Assembly: GCA_002009975.1 (NCBI GenBank)
Contig: MTLP01000007.1
Location: forward strand, 64,001 to 128,000
Origin: Thermococcus sp. JdFR-02
GTDB lineage: Archaea; Methanobacteriota_B; Thermococci; Thermococcales; Thermococcaceae
Length of the DNA: 64,000 nt
Direction of reading: 5' to 3'
Part shown: piece after piece, positions 40,620 through 51,325 of the stretch
How the letters are laid out: the number at the start of each line of letters is the position of its first letter
How positions within the stretch are numbered: the first letter of the stretch is position 1
Notes under the pieces: generated by a model
The model's database searches: none
Seen by the model: only the letters and a program-made list of their open reading frames with translations
What the model was told of the DNA's origin: nothing
Position numbers and translations under genes: made by a program

Positions 40620-41084
40620 CTACGCTAACCCAAGCTTTTCTTTTATAATCATTGGAATGTAGCCTATTTTGGGGAACACAACTAGAGCTTTAGCTTTTAT
40701 AGCATCTTGAGGAATGCAATCTATCATGCCATTTTTAGTTGGATAGAAATCTGGGAAAGGGTTATTATCTCCCCAAGTGACAAAGCAAAGCTTTCCATTA
40801 TACTCTTTTATCTTCCTAACCCTATGAATTATTGGGTATTTTGTATAAGGTCTCTCATACACAACTACATCTCCGATTTTTATTTCTTCTGGATTTACTC
40901 CCTTTAAAAGAACCACATCCCCTCTATAAAAAACAGGTTCCATTGAACCGCTAACTACAATAACTAGAGGCGCATCGGTATGAAGAGCTATTTTGAGTCC
41001 ACTGTGAAGTGCAAAAACGAGTATTATTGAAATAACAAAAAATACAGCGGTTTCTTTTATCTCCTTGACAGTTCTTTCTTCCAT
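40620..41084 (-). CDS. Signal peptidase I (Sec11 type)
   Basis: VVSGSMEP, GD, IIHRV, GDNN. Confidence 0.92.
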   Translation of the reverse strand: MEERTVKEIKETAVFFVISIILVFALHSGLKIALHTDAPLVIVVSGSMEPVFYRGDVVLLKGVNPEEIKIGDVVVYERPYTKYPIIHRVRKIKEYNGKLCFVTWGDNNPFPDFYPTKNGMIDCIPQDAIKAKALVVFPKIGYIPMIIKEKLGLA

Positions 41085-41623
41085 TTTATGGCCTCCATTA
41101 AAGTCTTAATCTTCGTGGGAATTGAACCAATTGCAGTACAGGTTTCCAAACTTACTCTCTTACCATCTGTTATATCGAGATGATACTCAGCTAAGCTAAA
41201 TATCTCTTTTGGTAATCCATGTCTCCCGAGTCCCACTATTAAGAGAAAGCTCTCTCCTTTTAAAGCTCTTTCTGCAACTTCCACTGCTCTTATCTCCTTT
41301 TCACTTTTTGGTTTTCTCGTTGTAGCAACTGTTTTTCCAAACTGTGGTGGAAAACCTCTTTTTGGAAATTCTAAAAGATGAAATTTGTTTCTTTTTGCCA
41401 ATTCTAGAAGATAGCTACCGCTTTCACCTATTGTTGTATGCTCACTAATCTTTTCAGCTAAATCGAGCGCTTTTTTCTCTTTAAATGGAAAGCCAATTAA
41501 AGCTAGGTGAAAGTCAAAAGCATAACAAATCGGTGCTGCTCTTGCTATAGCCCTTAGATGAGCCTCATGTATTCTGTTAGGATCATAGGAGTTATATAGT
41601 GCTAAGGTTAGCATAACTACCAC
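41057..41623 (-). CDS. DUF531-like protein (SPOUT-like C-terminus)
   Basis: LYNSYD...HEAHLRAIARAAP, GLGRHGLP, SLETCTAIG. Confidence 0.8.
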   Translation of the reverse strand: MVVMLTLALYNSYDPNRIHEAHLRAIARAAPICYAFDFHLALIGFPFKEKKALDLAEKISEHTTIGESGSYLLELAKRNKFHLLEFPKRGFPPQFGKTVATTRKPKSEKEIRAVEVAERALKGESFLLIVGLGRHGLPKEIFSLAEYHLDITDGKRVSLETCTAIGSIPTKIKTLMEAIKWKKELSRR

Positions 41624-41749
41624 CGTTTATCAAATTTTGACCAATTTAAAGTTTCAATGGAGTGTTTATAAGTGTTTAGCTGCTTTGTTATGATAGTTAC
41701 GGAAACGGTTAAATATTTATTTAACAATCCTTTTTTGGTGGTTCTTGTG

Positions 41750-42688
41750 ATGATTTTCGATGCCCACTCTGATTTACCTACATACATTTATGATGAAAGG
41801 AGAGAAGGAAAGAGAAGGGTTTTGGAAAAGCGATATAATGAATTTTTTGGGAAGGGCAGTATCTGGAGCAGAGTCATGGCAATATGGACCAGACCAGATA
41901 AAAGATCCTCCGCTTTGAGATACAACCTAGAGGTTCTTAATGTGCTTTATAAAGATGTCTTAGAAAGTGACAGTTTTGTGATAGTGACTTCAGTTGATGA
42001 GATGAGGAAAGCGATAAAAAACGGCAGGGTAGCTCTGTGGGTTGGCTTAGAGGGTGGAGAGCCAATAGAAGACAGCTTAGATCTGTTGGAAATATTCTAT
42101 GAACTCGGCTTGAGGGTTTTAACCTTAACATGGAGCCTTAGGAATGCAATAGGTGATGGAGTTTTTGAAAGAACGAATGGTGGCTTAACTAACTTTGGAG
42201 TTGAGGTTCTTGGAAAAGCTGAGGAATTGGGAGTTTTAGTTGATTTAAGTCATATAAATGAAAGGGGCTTTTGGGATGCCTTAGAAACTACGAGCTTTCC
42301 AGTTATAGCTTCTCATTCAAATGCTTACTCTCTTTGTAATAATTCGAGGAATCTTAAAGATGAACAGATTAAGGCTATTGCCGAGAGAGATGGCGTAATA
42401 GGCATAAACGCAATCCCGAGCTTTATTGATAAAGAAAAGCCAACTTTGGAGAAAATGATCGAACATATCGTTTATACTGTGGATTTGACTGGTTATAAGC
42501 ATGTGGGCTTTGGATTTGATTTTGTTTACTACTTGAAAGGATGGAGCGGAAAGAGTGTTGAGGACTTTGAGAATGAAGCAAAAATACCTACCTTAATTGA
42601 AAAGCTCAGAGAGAGGCTTAGTGAGAAAGAAATTGAAGCTATAGCTTTTGAAAACTTTGAAAGGGTTTTCGAAAGAGTTATTGGTTAG
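41750..42688 (+). CDS. Membrane dipeptidase family (M19)
   Basis: DAHSD, GLEG, DLSH, SHSN, GFGFDF. Confidence 0.9.
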   Translation: MIFDAHSDLPTYIYDERREGKRRVLEKRYNEFFGKGSIWSRVMAIWTRPDKRSSALRYNLEVLNVLYKDVLESDSFVIVTSVDEMRKAIKNGRVALWVGLEGGEPIEDSLDLLEIFYELGLRVLTLTWSLRNAIGDGVFERTNGGLTNFGVEVLGKAEELGVLVDLSHINERGFWDALETTSFPVIASHSNAYSLCNNSRNLKDEQIKAIAERDGVIGINAIPSFIDKEKPTLEKMIEHIVYTVDLTGYKHVGFGFDFVYYLKGWSGKSVEDFENEAKIPTLIEKLRERLSEKEIEAIAFENFERVFERVIG

Positions 42689-42733
42689 CAAACTTTTTAA
42701 CATCTCCTTCTTTAGTCTCTTTAAGGTGAGGGA

Positions 42734-43594
42734 ATGAAAGTTGAATTCAGTGCTTACTTCTTAACGTTCAGAGAAGCGAGACGGTTATTGTTAGCGAGGG
42801 GAGAAGTAAAGCTAAATCTAGATTTGGGGAAAACAAGGAAGAAATACCCTCTTATTGTAGAGGAAGATAAAGTTATCTTTCCAGATGGAAGTGAAGTTGA
42901 GAAGGAGATTTTGGAGAGAATAGCCAAAGATGAAGGTACAGTTTATTTTGTTAAAGGAGGGGGAGTTTTTAAAGCTGCAATTGCGAAAGAGGGATTTTAC
43001 AAGCTTGTTCCAACAATTCCACCAACTATAGAAATTAACGGCATTAGAATGCACCGCACTAAAGATATTACTCCCTTAGAAGACACGTTAAATAAAGTGA
43101 ATACAATAAAGCCAAAGGAAGGCGAGATGATTTTGGATACCTGTATGGGTCTCGGGTATACTGCAATAGAAAGTGCGAGGAGGGGAGCGTTTGTAATAAC
43201 TATTGAGAAAGACCCAAATGTGATTGAGCTTGCAAAGCTTAATCCTTGGAGCTATGAGGCCTTTCACTCACAAAAAATCCAATTGATACAGGGAGATGCA
43301 TTTGAGATAATAAAACGCTTTAAGGATGAAACCTTTGATGCTATAATCCATGATCCACCAAGATTTTCTTTAGCAGGTGAGCTTTACAGCAAAGATTTTT
43401 ATGAAGAGCTTTTTAGAGTTTTAAAAAGAGGTGGCAGGCTTTTCCATTATGTTGGGACTCCCGGTAAAAAATACAGAAGAAAAGATCTTCAAAGGGGAGT
43501 AATGGAGAGATTAAGAAAAGTTGGCTTTAAGAACGTGAGGAGAGTGGAAGAGGCTTTGGGAGTTGTTGCTTGGAAAACTTGGGAAGAACCTTGA
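42734..43594 (+). CDS. Class I SAM-dependent methyltransferase
   Basis: LDTCMGLGYT, GDA, HDPPRF. Confidence 0.88.
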   Translation: MKVEFSAYFLTFREARRLLLARGEVKLNLDLGKTRKKYPLIVEEDKVIFPDGSEVEKEILERIAKDEGTVYFVKGGGVFKAAIAKEGFYKLVPTIPPTIEINGIRMHRTKDITPLEDTLNKVNTIKPKEGEMILDTCMGLGYTAIESARRGAFVITIEKDPNVIELAKLNPWSYEAFHSQKIQLIQGDAFEIIKRFKDETFDAIIHDPPRFSLAGELYSKDFYEELFRVLKRGGRLFHYVGTPGKKYRRKDLQRGVMERLRKVGFKNVRRVEEALGVVAWKTWEEP

Positions 43595-43896
43595 TATCGA
43601 GATTTTTGGAAGTATTTAATCAATGGTCTAATATCTTCTTCTCCTTAAAGAGCGAGGCTTTTTACAATGTAATAGTTAGATCACGATGTTATTGGCTACA
43701 CTAATTACTATGTCTGGTTGTTTTATTTTAACATTTTTAAAACTAACTTGGGTTATCCGATTAAGCCTTAAGTAATCAATTTTTACTTCTCATTTTATTA
43801 TTTAAAAAGAAAAAATTTAATTAATACAAGTTAGAAAAATTTATAAAATTTGGACGTATAATCTTTAATGTAAAAATTTGTTAGAGGTGATAACAA

Positions 43897-44889
43897 GTGA
43901 AGTGGAAACCAATATTAGCATTGTTATTTGGGTTGTTAGTGTTAGGAACAATTGCAGGAACAGTGAGTGCAGGATCAGGATACTGGAAACAAAAGGGAAA
44001 TGTTGGGCATGGATTCTATGAAGATCCTCTTATGGGATCTGTGGATGTGTATAATAGTGTTGCACTCGAGTACTATACAACTGCAGACTATATTGAATCG
44101 TTTGGAAAATGGTTATACTCTTTTAGAGAAGTCTCAGTGGGGGCAACCAGAGCTGGTGGTGAACCTTGGGGAGGAATAGTAAAGCAGAGTTTAGAGCTTA
44201 GAAAAGTTGGCGGTAGTGAATACTTTTCCTTCATGACTAATTTTGCAGATGGAAGAGTAGCAGCGGCGTGGCCATATTCTGGAATTAGCAATTACTTTGA
44301 GGATATAGCTCTTAGCGCAGCTGAACTGGCTATTGGGCAAATTTCGTATGTAGGATTTGCATTATCAGCTATGGATTTTGTAAACGCTCTGAAGGAGGGA
44401 TATGACCAACTTAATAATCCGGGGAACTTATATGTGGAATGGACAACATACGGTTCTGATGTAGGGCATTTTGCAAGGTGGTATGTTGAGGCAGATCCAA
44501 GTAGTCTTATAGAATTTTCGGTGATATCCAAGATGTACTATAATCCTTGGGACAGTGTGAATGTAGGATTTTACGTCATGATTGATGTTCCAGATTCTCC
44601 AGAAGTTTTCTTGGCAAGTTCTGTGAATAAGGCAACATTAGTAAATAATGCAGATGGAATCGAAGAATATTCAGTATATTTTGGAGATCATAAGACAAAA
44701 ATATACAAAATACCACCAAGTAAGCTTGAAGAATATGGGAGAAAACTCAATATTCCTAAAGAAATAATAGAAAAAGCCATAAGCTCTAAGAGTTATGTGT
44801 ATCATGTTGAGGGTATTCCAGGAGTTAAGATAGTGCGCTCTTTCAGCTATGTGGAAAGAAATCAGGGAGATAATGCGTTTAAGCCTTGA
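43897..44889 (+). CDS. Secreted hypothetical protein
   Basis: Signal peptide MKWKPILALLFGLLVLGTIAGTVSA; RBS GAGGTGA; BRE/TATA at 43834-43848. Confidence 0.8.
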   Translation: MKWKPILALLFGLLVLGTIAGTVSAGSGYWKQKGNVGHGFYEDPLMGSVDVYNSVALEYYTTADYIESFGKWLYSFREVSVGATRAGGEPWGGIVKQSLELRKVGGSEYFSFMTNFADGRVAAAWPYSGISNYFEDIALSAAELAIGQISYVGFALSAMDFVNALKEGYDQLNNPGNLYVEWTTYGSDVGHFARWYVEADPSSLIEFSVISKMYYNPWDSVNVGFYVMIDVPDSPEVFLASSVNKATLVNNADGIEEYSVYFGDHKTKIYKIPPSKLEEYGRKLNIPKEIIEKAISSKSYVYHVEGIPGVKIVRSFSYVERNQGDNAFKP

Positions 44890-44915
44890 ACCTATAGTAA
44901 AAGCGAGGGAGTTGT

Positions 44916-45416
44916 ATGAATAGGAAGCTCTCTTTAGTTTTGCTTTTTTTAGTTTTAGTTTCTGCATTGTCAGTTTACTATTCTTATCCTAGAAAGAAGC
45001 AAGAAGTAAATAGATCTAGCATACCAATACCCCCAGCAGACTACCTTCAAGATCTTTTTGTTCAGTCTTCAGAAGGTAGGGAACTTATTGAGGGGAAGGA
45101 GTTTGATCTTGATCATAGAGTCATCTATTGGGTGAAGGGAGATTACCCAAACTACACTGTTGTAAGAGCTAAGGCAATATTTTGGGTAGGAGGCGAGTGG
45201 ATAACTACCCCAGTCTCTTCGTCAGAGTATATAAGAAGATACACTGGAGGAGATCCCTACATAGTTGAATTTGACATGATTAACAAAAAGATACTCTCAA
45301 TAGAGAAAGCAGATGAGAAAAAATTGCAAGAATATTGGGCTATATACTACAAACACTGTCAGGTTTGCGAAAATCTCACTGGTTACAATGTAATAGTCAT
45401 AATAGAAGAAAACTAA
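44916..45416 (+). CDS. Membrane-anchored hypothetical protein
   Basis: Single N-terminal TM segment; CQVC near the C-terminus. Confidence 0.7.
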   Translation: MNRKLSLVLLFLVLVSALSVYYSYPRKKQEVNRSSIPIPPADYLQDLFVQSSEGRELIEGKEFDLDHRVIYWVKGDYPNYTVVRAKAIFWVGGEWITTPVSSSEYIRRYTGGDPYIVEFDMINKKILSIEKADEKKLQEYWAIYYKHCQVCENLTGYNVIVIIEEN

Positions 45417-45436
45417 GAGGGGGTGATAATGTTATC

Positions 45437-45718
45437 ATGTGGGAATCGTTTATAAACAAATTGCTAGCTGTTTCGTTCTCTTTAATCTTCGTACTTATCT
45501 CATATAAAGAGGCTAAAAAATACTATCACTCCCCTATTAATGCTATCATAGCCGTTTTATTGATATTAATCATCCCCAGCACTATAATTGCTACTTTATG
45601 GAACCTTAAATTGGTTAAAAATGAGAATATATTACCACCAGCCTATGCGATCTTAGCCGCTATTGGAGTAATGGTTAGTGAAAAACTATTTGCAAAACAC
45701 AAAAATGAGAAAGGGTAA
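45437..45718 (+). CDS. Small three-TM membrane protein
   Basis: RBS GGGGTGA, ATG 45437, three hydrophobic segments. Confidence 0.6.
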   Translation: MWESFINKLLAVSFSLIFVLISYKEAKKYYHSPINAIIAVLLILIIPSTIIATLWNLKLVKNENILPPAYAILAAIGVMVSEKLFAKHKNEKG

Positions 45719-45720
45719 TG

Positions 45721-47616
45721 TCATGCCTCTTTTTTCTCCAGAATCTCCTCAATTGGGAATCCTTTTTCTCCTTTAACAAGCTTTCTAATGAAGAATTCAA
45801 GGATTAGTTTGTGTCTCTTTGCCCTGTGCCTTGGAGAACCCCTTATGCTATGCCCATGGGCACCTTTTTTGAATATCGCGATGTAAGCTTCCTTCCCATA
45901 GTCCTTAAGAACATGATAGAACATTACCGATTGATCCAATGGACAGCGGTAATCCTCTAGGCTGTGAATTATTAAAATTGGTGCTTTGACATTTTTTGCA
46001 TAAAAGAGTGGGCTTAGCTTTCTATAGTTTTCATTTTCGAGTGGATTATCTCCAATTTCCTCCTTTTCAAACCATAAGCCTATATCTGAAAAAGCATAAC
46101 TTGTAAGCCAGTAGCTTATGCCATTCTCGCTTACAGCAGCTTTAAAGAGTTCACTTTGTGTAACTGCCCAGTTGGTCATAAAGCCACCATAACTAATCCC
46201 GGTTATTCCGATCTTTTCCCCATCGGCATTTGGTTCGAGCTTAAGAAACTCTTTGATTCCCCTAAGAATGTCTTAAAAATCCTCCAAGCCAGTTCTTTCT
46301 AAAACTTTTAGTGCAAAATCTTCATCATAGCCATTGCTTCCCCTTGGGTTTACAAAAACTATGTAAAATCCCTTATCGGCTAAAAGCTGCATCATGTAGT
46401 GGAAGTAATAGCCATACATCCCTTTAGGTCCACCGTGGACGAAGACAATCACTGGAGCTTTTTCTCCCTCTTTGATATCAGGCTTTAAGTACCATCCATC
46501 AAGCTCCAATCCATCAAAGCTTTTGTACCTAAAGTGGTTTACTGCCCTAACCTTTACGCGCTTTAGAATTTCACCGTTATAATCAGTCATCTGCTTTAAT
46601 CCCCCATCCCAGAGGAAAACTTCGCTTAACCTTGTATCGGTTTGTTTTAACAGAACAACTTTTCCATCATCACTCACATCAAAATCAACAATCCATGCGT
46701 TTTCATCAACTACTGGGATTTTTTCTTCCCCTTTAAGGACTTCAAGAGTTACTTTTCCTTCCTTGGCACTTATGAAATAAACGTCTCCTTGAGCATCAAG
46801 CTTTCCACGCCAGTTGTTATAGATAAAGCGCTCTGTTAAAGGCTTAACTTCCTTGCCATCCCATATATAAAGATAGTCATGCTCGCTAATCTTTTCCTTC
46901 TTTGGCTTTCCTATCAAGAGCAAGAGCTTTCCATTTGAATCAATAGCCTCAAAAGAAACCTTTTCAAAGAGCTTTTCGCTGTTTCCATCTTTGTATGCAT
47001 AGATGTCGTAAAATTTAAACAATTGTAGATTACCATCCTCGCGATGCGGCACATTATAAATTACTTCATCACCATGCCATATTCCAAAGGAGAACTTGTC
47101 TGTTGTAAATTCCTCTAAGACCTCCTCACCCTCGGTGTCGTAAATCCAAAAAGTGGTCTTCTCCCCATCAAAGAAACCCTTGTTATCAAACCAAACTGGT
47201 ACATCATCTTCAAAAATGAAGTCTTCGTCCTCCCTTCTCTTAAATCCCGTTATCAAAACTCTCCTATCATCTTTATTCCAGCTCACGTTGAGGATGTTTT
47301 TCACTTCCATAAGCTTTTTAGCACTCATTGATCTTAAATCTACGAGCCAGAGTTCGTTTGTCTTTTTCTCTTCATTTGGTCTAACAAAAGTCAGCTTATG
47401 GACACTTGGGGAAAATCTTGGCATCGTTGCATTCTCAACATATTTCCTTTCTCCGCTATTAATCTCCTCGATGACGATTGTATTTTCATATTTGTTATCT
47501 CTCATGTTTGCTTTTGTCAAGACGTAAGCTATTTTCTTTCCATCTTTTGAAATCTTAACATCACCTAAGTAGGCAAACTTTGCAAAAGTGTTTTCATCCC
47601 ATTCGAATTTTGTCAT
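45721..47616 (-). pseudogene. S9 family peptidase interrupted by an in-frame TAA
   Basis: The two ORFs are in the same frame; GLEDF*DILRG...GISYGGFMTNW with the stop at 46273-46275. Confidence 0.85.
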
Positions 47617-47685
47617 AACGTTATCACCTAAATGTTCAAGAAGTTTTTAAAGTATTTAATCCTTAAGGTTATGGAAGGGGAAGAA

Positions 47686-47997
47686 ATGAAGGAAGAGCAT
47701 GTTGTTATTGTAATCTTAGCTGTTGGTATTCTCATTTCATTGATAACGAGGAGGTATATAGGAATAGTGCTTTCAGCTATTGGGATACCTTTGTATTTGG
47801 CATATATTTCAAGAGAGCAGAATATTTTAGCAAAATCAAGGCTTTTTGAGAGGGATTTGTTTTTGATGATGACCGTAACGATTTTTATAGTATTAGCCTT
47901 TGAGTACTTTTCTGATCCAAGGTTAGGACTGGTTGGAATGGCTCTCTTTATACCCATCGTTTTTTATGTCCTTGATAAATTAAAGACTAGAGAGTAA
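47686..47997 (+). CDS. Small membrane protein
   Basis: Four hydrophobic segments; start placed at MKEEH. Confidence 0.7.
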   Translation: MKEEHVVIVILAVGILISLITRRYIGIVLSAIGIPLYLAYISREQNILAKSRLFERDLFLMMTVTIFIVLAFEYFSDPRLGLVGMALFIPIVFYVLDKLKTRE

Positions 47998-48633
47998 TTT
48001 AAGAATTTCCTTGGTATTTTTCTCCTTTTTGTAAATTGTCAGTGCCTTTCTCATATCTTTTAGGAAGCTTTCATCTATCTTAAATCTCTCCCTCACTCTC
48101 CTAGAAATCGCATTTTCAGAGAGGAATACCACAGATATAGCCGCGGTTAGATTCTTTGGCTTCCTTCTTAGACTCGCCTTTTCAAAGTCTATTATCCAAA
48201 CATCGCTCTTTCCTATGATTATATGCTTTCCTCCCTGAATCTGTCCATGATCAATGTTTAACCCATCAAGTGCAAGTGTTTTTTCAAAAATCTTCAACAA
48301 ATGATGCTTTTTAACATCTGCATAGAGAATTGGAATTCCTTCTGCAAATTTTCTAACTAAATAATCCAATCCTTCAAACTTTCCTGTAAAAAGGAGTTCT
48401 GGAATGATATTTGTCCCTTGTAGAATTTCAAGGATTTTTGCCTCTTTTTCTATGGTTTTTCTTGGGGAATCTTTCCTCTGGAGTTTTATGAGAATTTTTT
48501 CATTTTTAAGCTCTCCAGTGAAAACTAAGCTTGTATTACCCTTAGAAAAGGGAGTGATATTCTTTATTCCCCTTTCTTTTAAATGTTTGTAAAACCTCTC
48601 TAAGGTTTCTTCATCGATTAAATGACCTATCAT
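47980..48633 (-). CDS. Atypical Ser/Thr protein kinase
   Basis: SKGNTSLV, IK, IDHGQI, IIDFE. Confidence 0.8.
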   Translation of the reverse strand: MIGHLIDEETLERFYKHLKERGIKNITPFSKGNTSLVFTGELKNEKILIKLQRKDSPRKTIEKEAKILEILQGTNIIPELLFTGKFEGLDYLVRKFAEGIPILYADVKKHHLLKIFEKTLALDGLNIDHGQIQGGKHIIIGKSDVWIIDFEKASLRRKPKNLTAAISVVFLSENAISRRVRERFKIDESFLKDMRKALTIYKKEKNTKEILKLLSSL

Positions 48634-48688
48634 GGCATTTCGATAACCTTAAATACCTTGCAAGTTAAAATTATTTTGGTGGTAAACT

Positions 48689-48916
48689 ATGGTGACTGCA
48701 TTTATTTTGATGGTTACAGCAGCAGGGAAGGAAAGGGAAGTTATGGAGAAGTTATTAGCTATGCCAGAGGTTAAGGAAGCTTATGTAGTTTATGGGGAAT
48801 ATGACTTAATAGTCAAAGTTGAAACAGATACACTAAAAGATTTGGATCAATTCATAACAGAAAAGATAAGAAAAATGCCAGAGATACAGATGACATCAAC
48901 AATGATAGCCATCTGA
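48689..48916 (+). CDS. Stand-alone Lrp/AsnC ligand-binding domain protein
   Basis: VYGEYDLIVKV, TSTMI; no HTH. Confidence 0.9.
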   Translation: MVTAFILMVTAAGKEREVMEKLLAMPEVKEAYVVYGEYDLIVKVETDTLKDLDQFITEKIRKMPEIQMTSTMIAI

Positions 48917-49013
48917 TGAACTTCCCACTCCTAAATCCTTTCTTTTCTATAGGCTATTTGTGAATCCTTAAGTTTTTAAAACTTAAACAACCAGCTCTTT
49001 TAGGTGGGTTGAA

Positions 49014-49640
49014 ATGCCGTACCTAGTTATTGAGCATCTTGAGGAGATAAGTGAGTGGCTCTGGCTTGAATATTCTCATGTAGCTAAATGGTGGAAAGAT
49101 AAGCTCATTTTTACAAATGTTAGAGAAGATGAAAGGGAAAAATTAGCTAAACTTGGGAGCGTTATAAGTGAAAGTGTCACGAAATTTCCTTTTGATAGGT
49201 CAAAGATCATCGTTTTAGATCTGCAAGCAAAGGAAGAGCTGAAGCCTGAAGACATAAGCGAAGACACCATAATCGTCGTTGGCGGAATTTTAGGAGATGC
49301 TATTCCAAAAGGGAGAACGAAAGAGTTCATAACCTCAAAGATGGAAGGAGTAAAAGTTAGGCACATAGGAAAGCCGCAATATTCGATTGATGGTGCTTCA
49401 ATCGTGGCAAAGCTTATTGCAGATGGAAAAAGACTTGATGAAATAGGATATGAAGAAAATCCCACGATAAAGCTTGATGAATTCAGTGAAATAACTTTGC
49501 ATTATGCAGTTCCAAAGTTGAATGGAAAGCTTTTGTTAACGCCGGGGTTAATAGAGTTGCAGAAGAGGGAGCTTGGGTTTGATGAAGATATAGATGATGA
49601 AGAGATTGAGGAGTTCTTTGAAGGAAATAGAGAACTCTGA
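49014..49640 (+). CDS. SPOUT methyltransferase (Sfm1/Trm10-like)
   Basis: IEHLE...WLWLEY, VGGILGD...GRT, QYSIDGA. Confidence 0.8.
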   Translation: MPYLVIEHLEEISEWLWLEYSHVAKWWKDKLIFTNVREDEREKLAKLGSVISESVTKFPFDRSKIIVLDLQAKEELKPEDISEDTIIVVGGILGDAIPKGRTKEFITSKMEGVKVRHIGKPQYSIDGASIVAKLIADGKRLDEIGYEENPTIKLDEFSEITLHYAVPKLNGKLLLTPGLIELQKRELGFDEDIDDEEIEEFFEGNREL

Positions 49641-49650
49641 GGTGAGTTGA

Positions 49651-50187
49651 ATGGTTAAAAACTTTGAGCTTCCAGAAGAGTTGATTGAGATTCTCCAGAT
49701 ACTTGAGTCTTTGAATGCAAAGGCTTATCTAATAGGTGCAAGAGCCCTACTAATGCACGGTGCATTGGCAAGGACCACAAGAGATATAGACATTATGATA
49801 AACGTGGAGGATCTGAAAATCCTGCGCAGTGAATTAACAGAAAAGTTAAGGGAGAAAGGTTTTCTTGTTCAATGGCGTTCATGGGGATTGCTCGTGAAAA
49901 GCAAAAGTGGACTAGAAATAGACATAAATACCCCAATGCTTATTCTCGATGAAGAATTTCAGAAAAGGGCTATTCGAATATGGAGAAACTTCTACCTTCC
50001 TTCTGTGGAGGATTTAATTGTCACAAAGCTCATGTCACTGGAAAGAAAAGACTACGCCGATATTAAAGAAGTATTCAGATTAGCTAAGAACATTGACTTT
50101 GAATACCTGTGCAAAAGGATAAGCCAAGCAAATCTTAAGAGGGAGTTCAACAGAATAGCCAGCAGGATAGGTGTAAGAAAATGCTGA
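49651..50187 (+). CDS. Pol-beta-like nucleotidyltransferase (AbiEii/DUF6036-like)
   Basis: LIGARA...RTTRDID, EDLIVTKL...RKDYAD. Confidence 0.75.
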   Translation: MVKNFELPEELIEILQILESLNAKAYLIGARALLMHGALARTTRDIDIMINVEDLKILRSELTEKLREKGFLVQWRSWGLLVKSKSGLEIDINTPMLILDEEFQKRAIRIWRNFYLPSVEDLIVTKLMSLERKDYADIKEVFRLAKNIDFEYLCKRISQANLKREFNRIASRIGVRKC

Positions 50188-50450
50188 AGCTATACCATAT
50201 ATTACCACGTGAAATTCTCAGAATTTTGGCTAAATATAATTTCCGTCTTGTTGGTCCCTGGAAAGAGTATTATCTGGCAAAAGGGAATGTTTTCTTGATA
50301 CGTGAGCTACCTCTCAAAATTGCCTTCAAAGGGGAGGATAAGAGAATAATAGATGAATTGGAACCTTATGCCGAAAGGATAATCAGGAGCAAGAATAAGG
50401 TCTCATTTAAAATAGGAAGGCACTGGGTTATCCTGGAATTTGAGGATTAA
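50181..50450 (+). CDS. Small basic hypothetical protein
   Basis: Overlaps the 3' end of the nucleotidyltransferase gene. Confidence 0.6.
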   Translation: MLKLYHILPREILRILAKYNFRLVGPWKEYYLAKGNVFLIRELPLKIAFKGEDKRIIDELEPYAERIIRSKNKVSFKIGRHWVILEFED

Positions 50451-50529
50451 ATTTATTCAAGATGAAAAGGCATTTTTCACATTCCAGAGAGTTCTTTAAA
50501 ACAATTTAAAACAAAAGAAAGGGATAAAA

Positions 50530-51117
50530 TCAACGTTTCTTTCTTCTCAAAACACCCAAAGGCAAAAGGGCGAGTGCAATTAGGGAAGCTGGACCACAGA
50601 TTGCCTGAACACTGAGGCCTTTGTTTTCTTTGGGTGGGACGTAGAAAGTTATCTCCGAGCCATCTTCAAAGACAATTTTCCAGTAGCCGGGACGGCTTCT
50701 GTCTGGGCAGGGGACTGCTGGGAGGTGATAATAATATTCTCTTCCTGAACTTTTCAGCTTTCCTTCTGCATAGAATCCCTTCCCATATAGAACTCCATTG
50801 GGGTCATAAATTCCTACAGTTTTTGGTTTCATCCAATACTCGCCTGTATCACCATAGTTATAATACTTGTGCTTTGTAGTCTTAAAGGCAATAGCTTTAT
50901 CGAGGTCGCATTTTTCCTCGACAAGTTTTTGCAGATCTGACGCTATTGTTTGGTTGCTTGTATCCATGAACTTTAGCATGTTAACTTTATACCTTCCACT
51001 ACTATCCTTTTCGCCAATACCAATCTCATAGAAACTCCAAGCATTTGCAACTGGGAAACTCAGAGCCAAAACAATCAGTAGAAGCACTAGCGAACTTTCT
51101 AAACTCTTAAGTCCCAT
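50530..51117 (-). CDS. CGP-CTERM sorting domain surface protein
   Basis: Signal peptide; C-terminal ICGPA + TM + RRKKR. Confidence 0.88.
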   Translation of the reverse strand: MGLKSLESSLVLLLIVLALSFPVANAWSFYEIGIGEKDSSGRYKVNMLKFMDTSNQTIASDLQKLVEEKCDLDKAIAFKTTKHKYYNYGDTGEYWMKPKTVGIYDPNGVLYGKGFYAEGKLKSSGREYYYHLPAVPCPDRSRPGYWKIVFEDGSEITFYVPPKENKGLSVQAICGPASLIALALLPLGVLRRKKR

Positions 51118-51325
51118 TCCCTTCTACCTCCGGGTATTTATGTATTTCCCTTCTACCGAAGGGTTAAATATATACAAAAGTGACACACAGCAACATTATT
51201 GTTAAAATCCAAATTTTACATAGGGTGTAAATTACATGGTTATGTAAAAATGTAAGATCATCTAGGGAAACTTGATGGAAGACCCAGTGCTGAGAGTTGT
51301 TGCAGGGGAATTAGATTCATAAAAT

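Noticed and set aside
43635-43662. CTCCTTAAAGAGCGAGGCTT resembling an IS200/IS605-type end hairpin
   Set aside because: Too degenerate, with no transposase or partner end in the window.
48913-48965. TGATGA C-box-like motif after the Lrp-domain gene
   Set aside because: No properly spaced D', C' or D boxes.
51272-51320. TTGATGG...CTGA possible C/D sRNA half
   Set aside because: Poor C box and no convincing C'/D pair.
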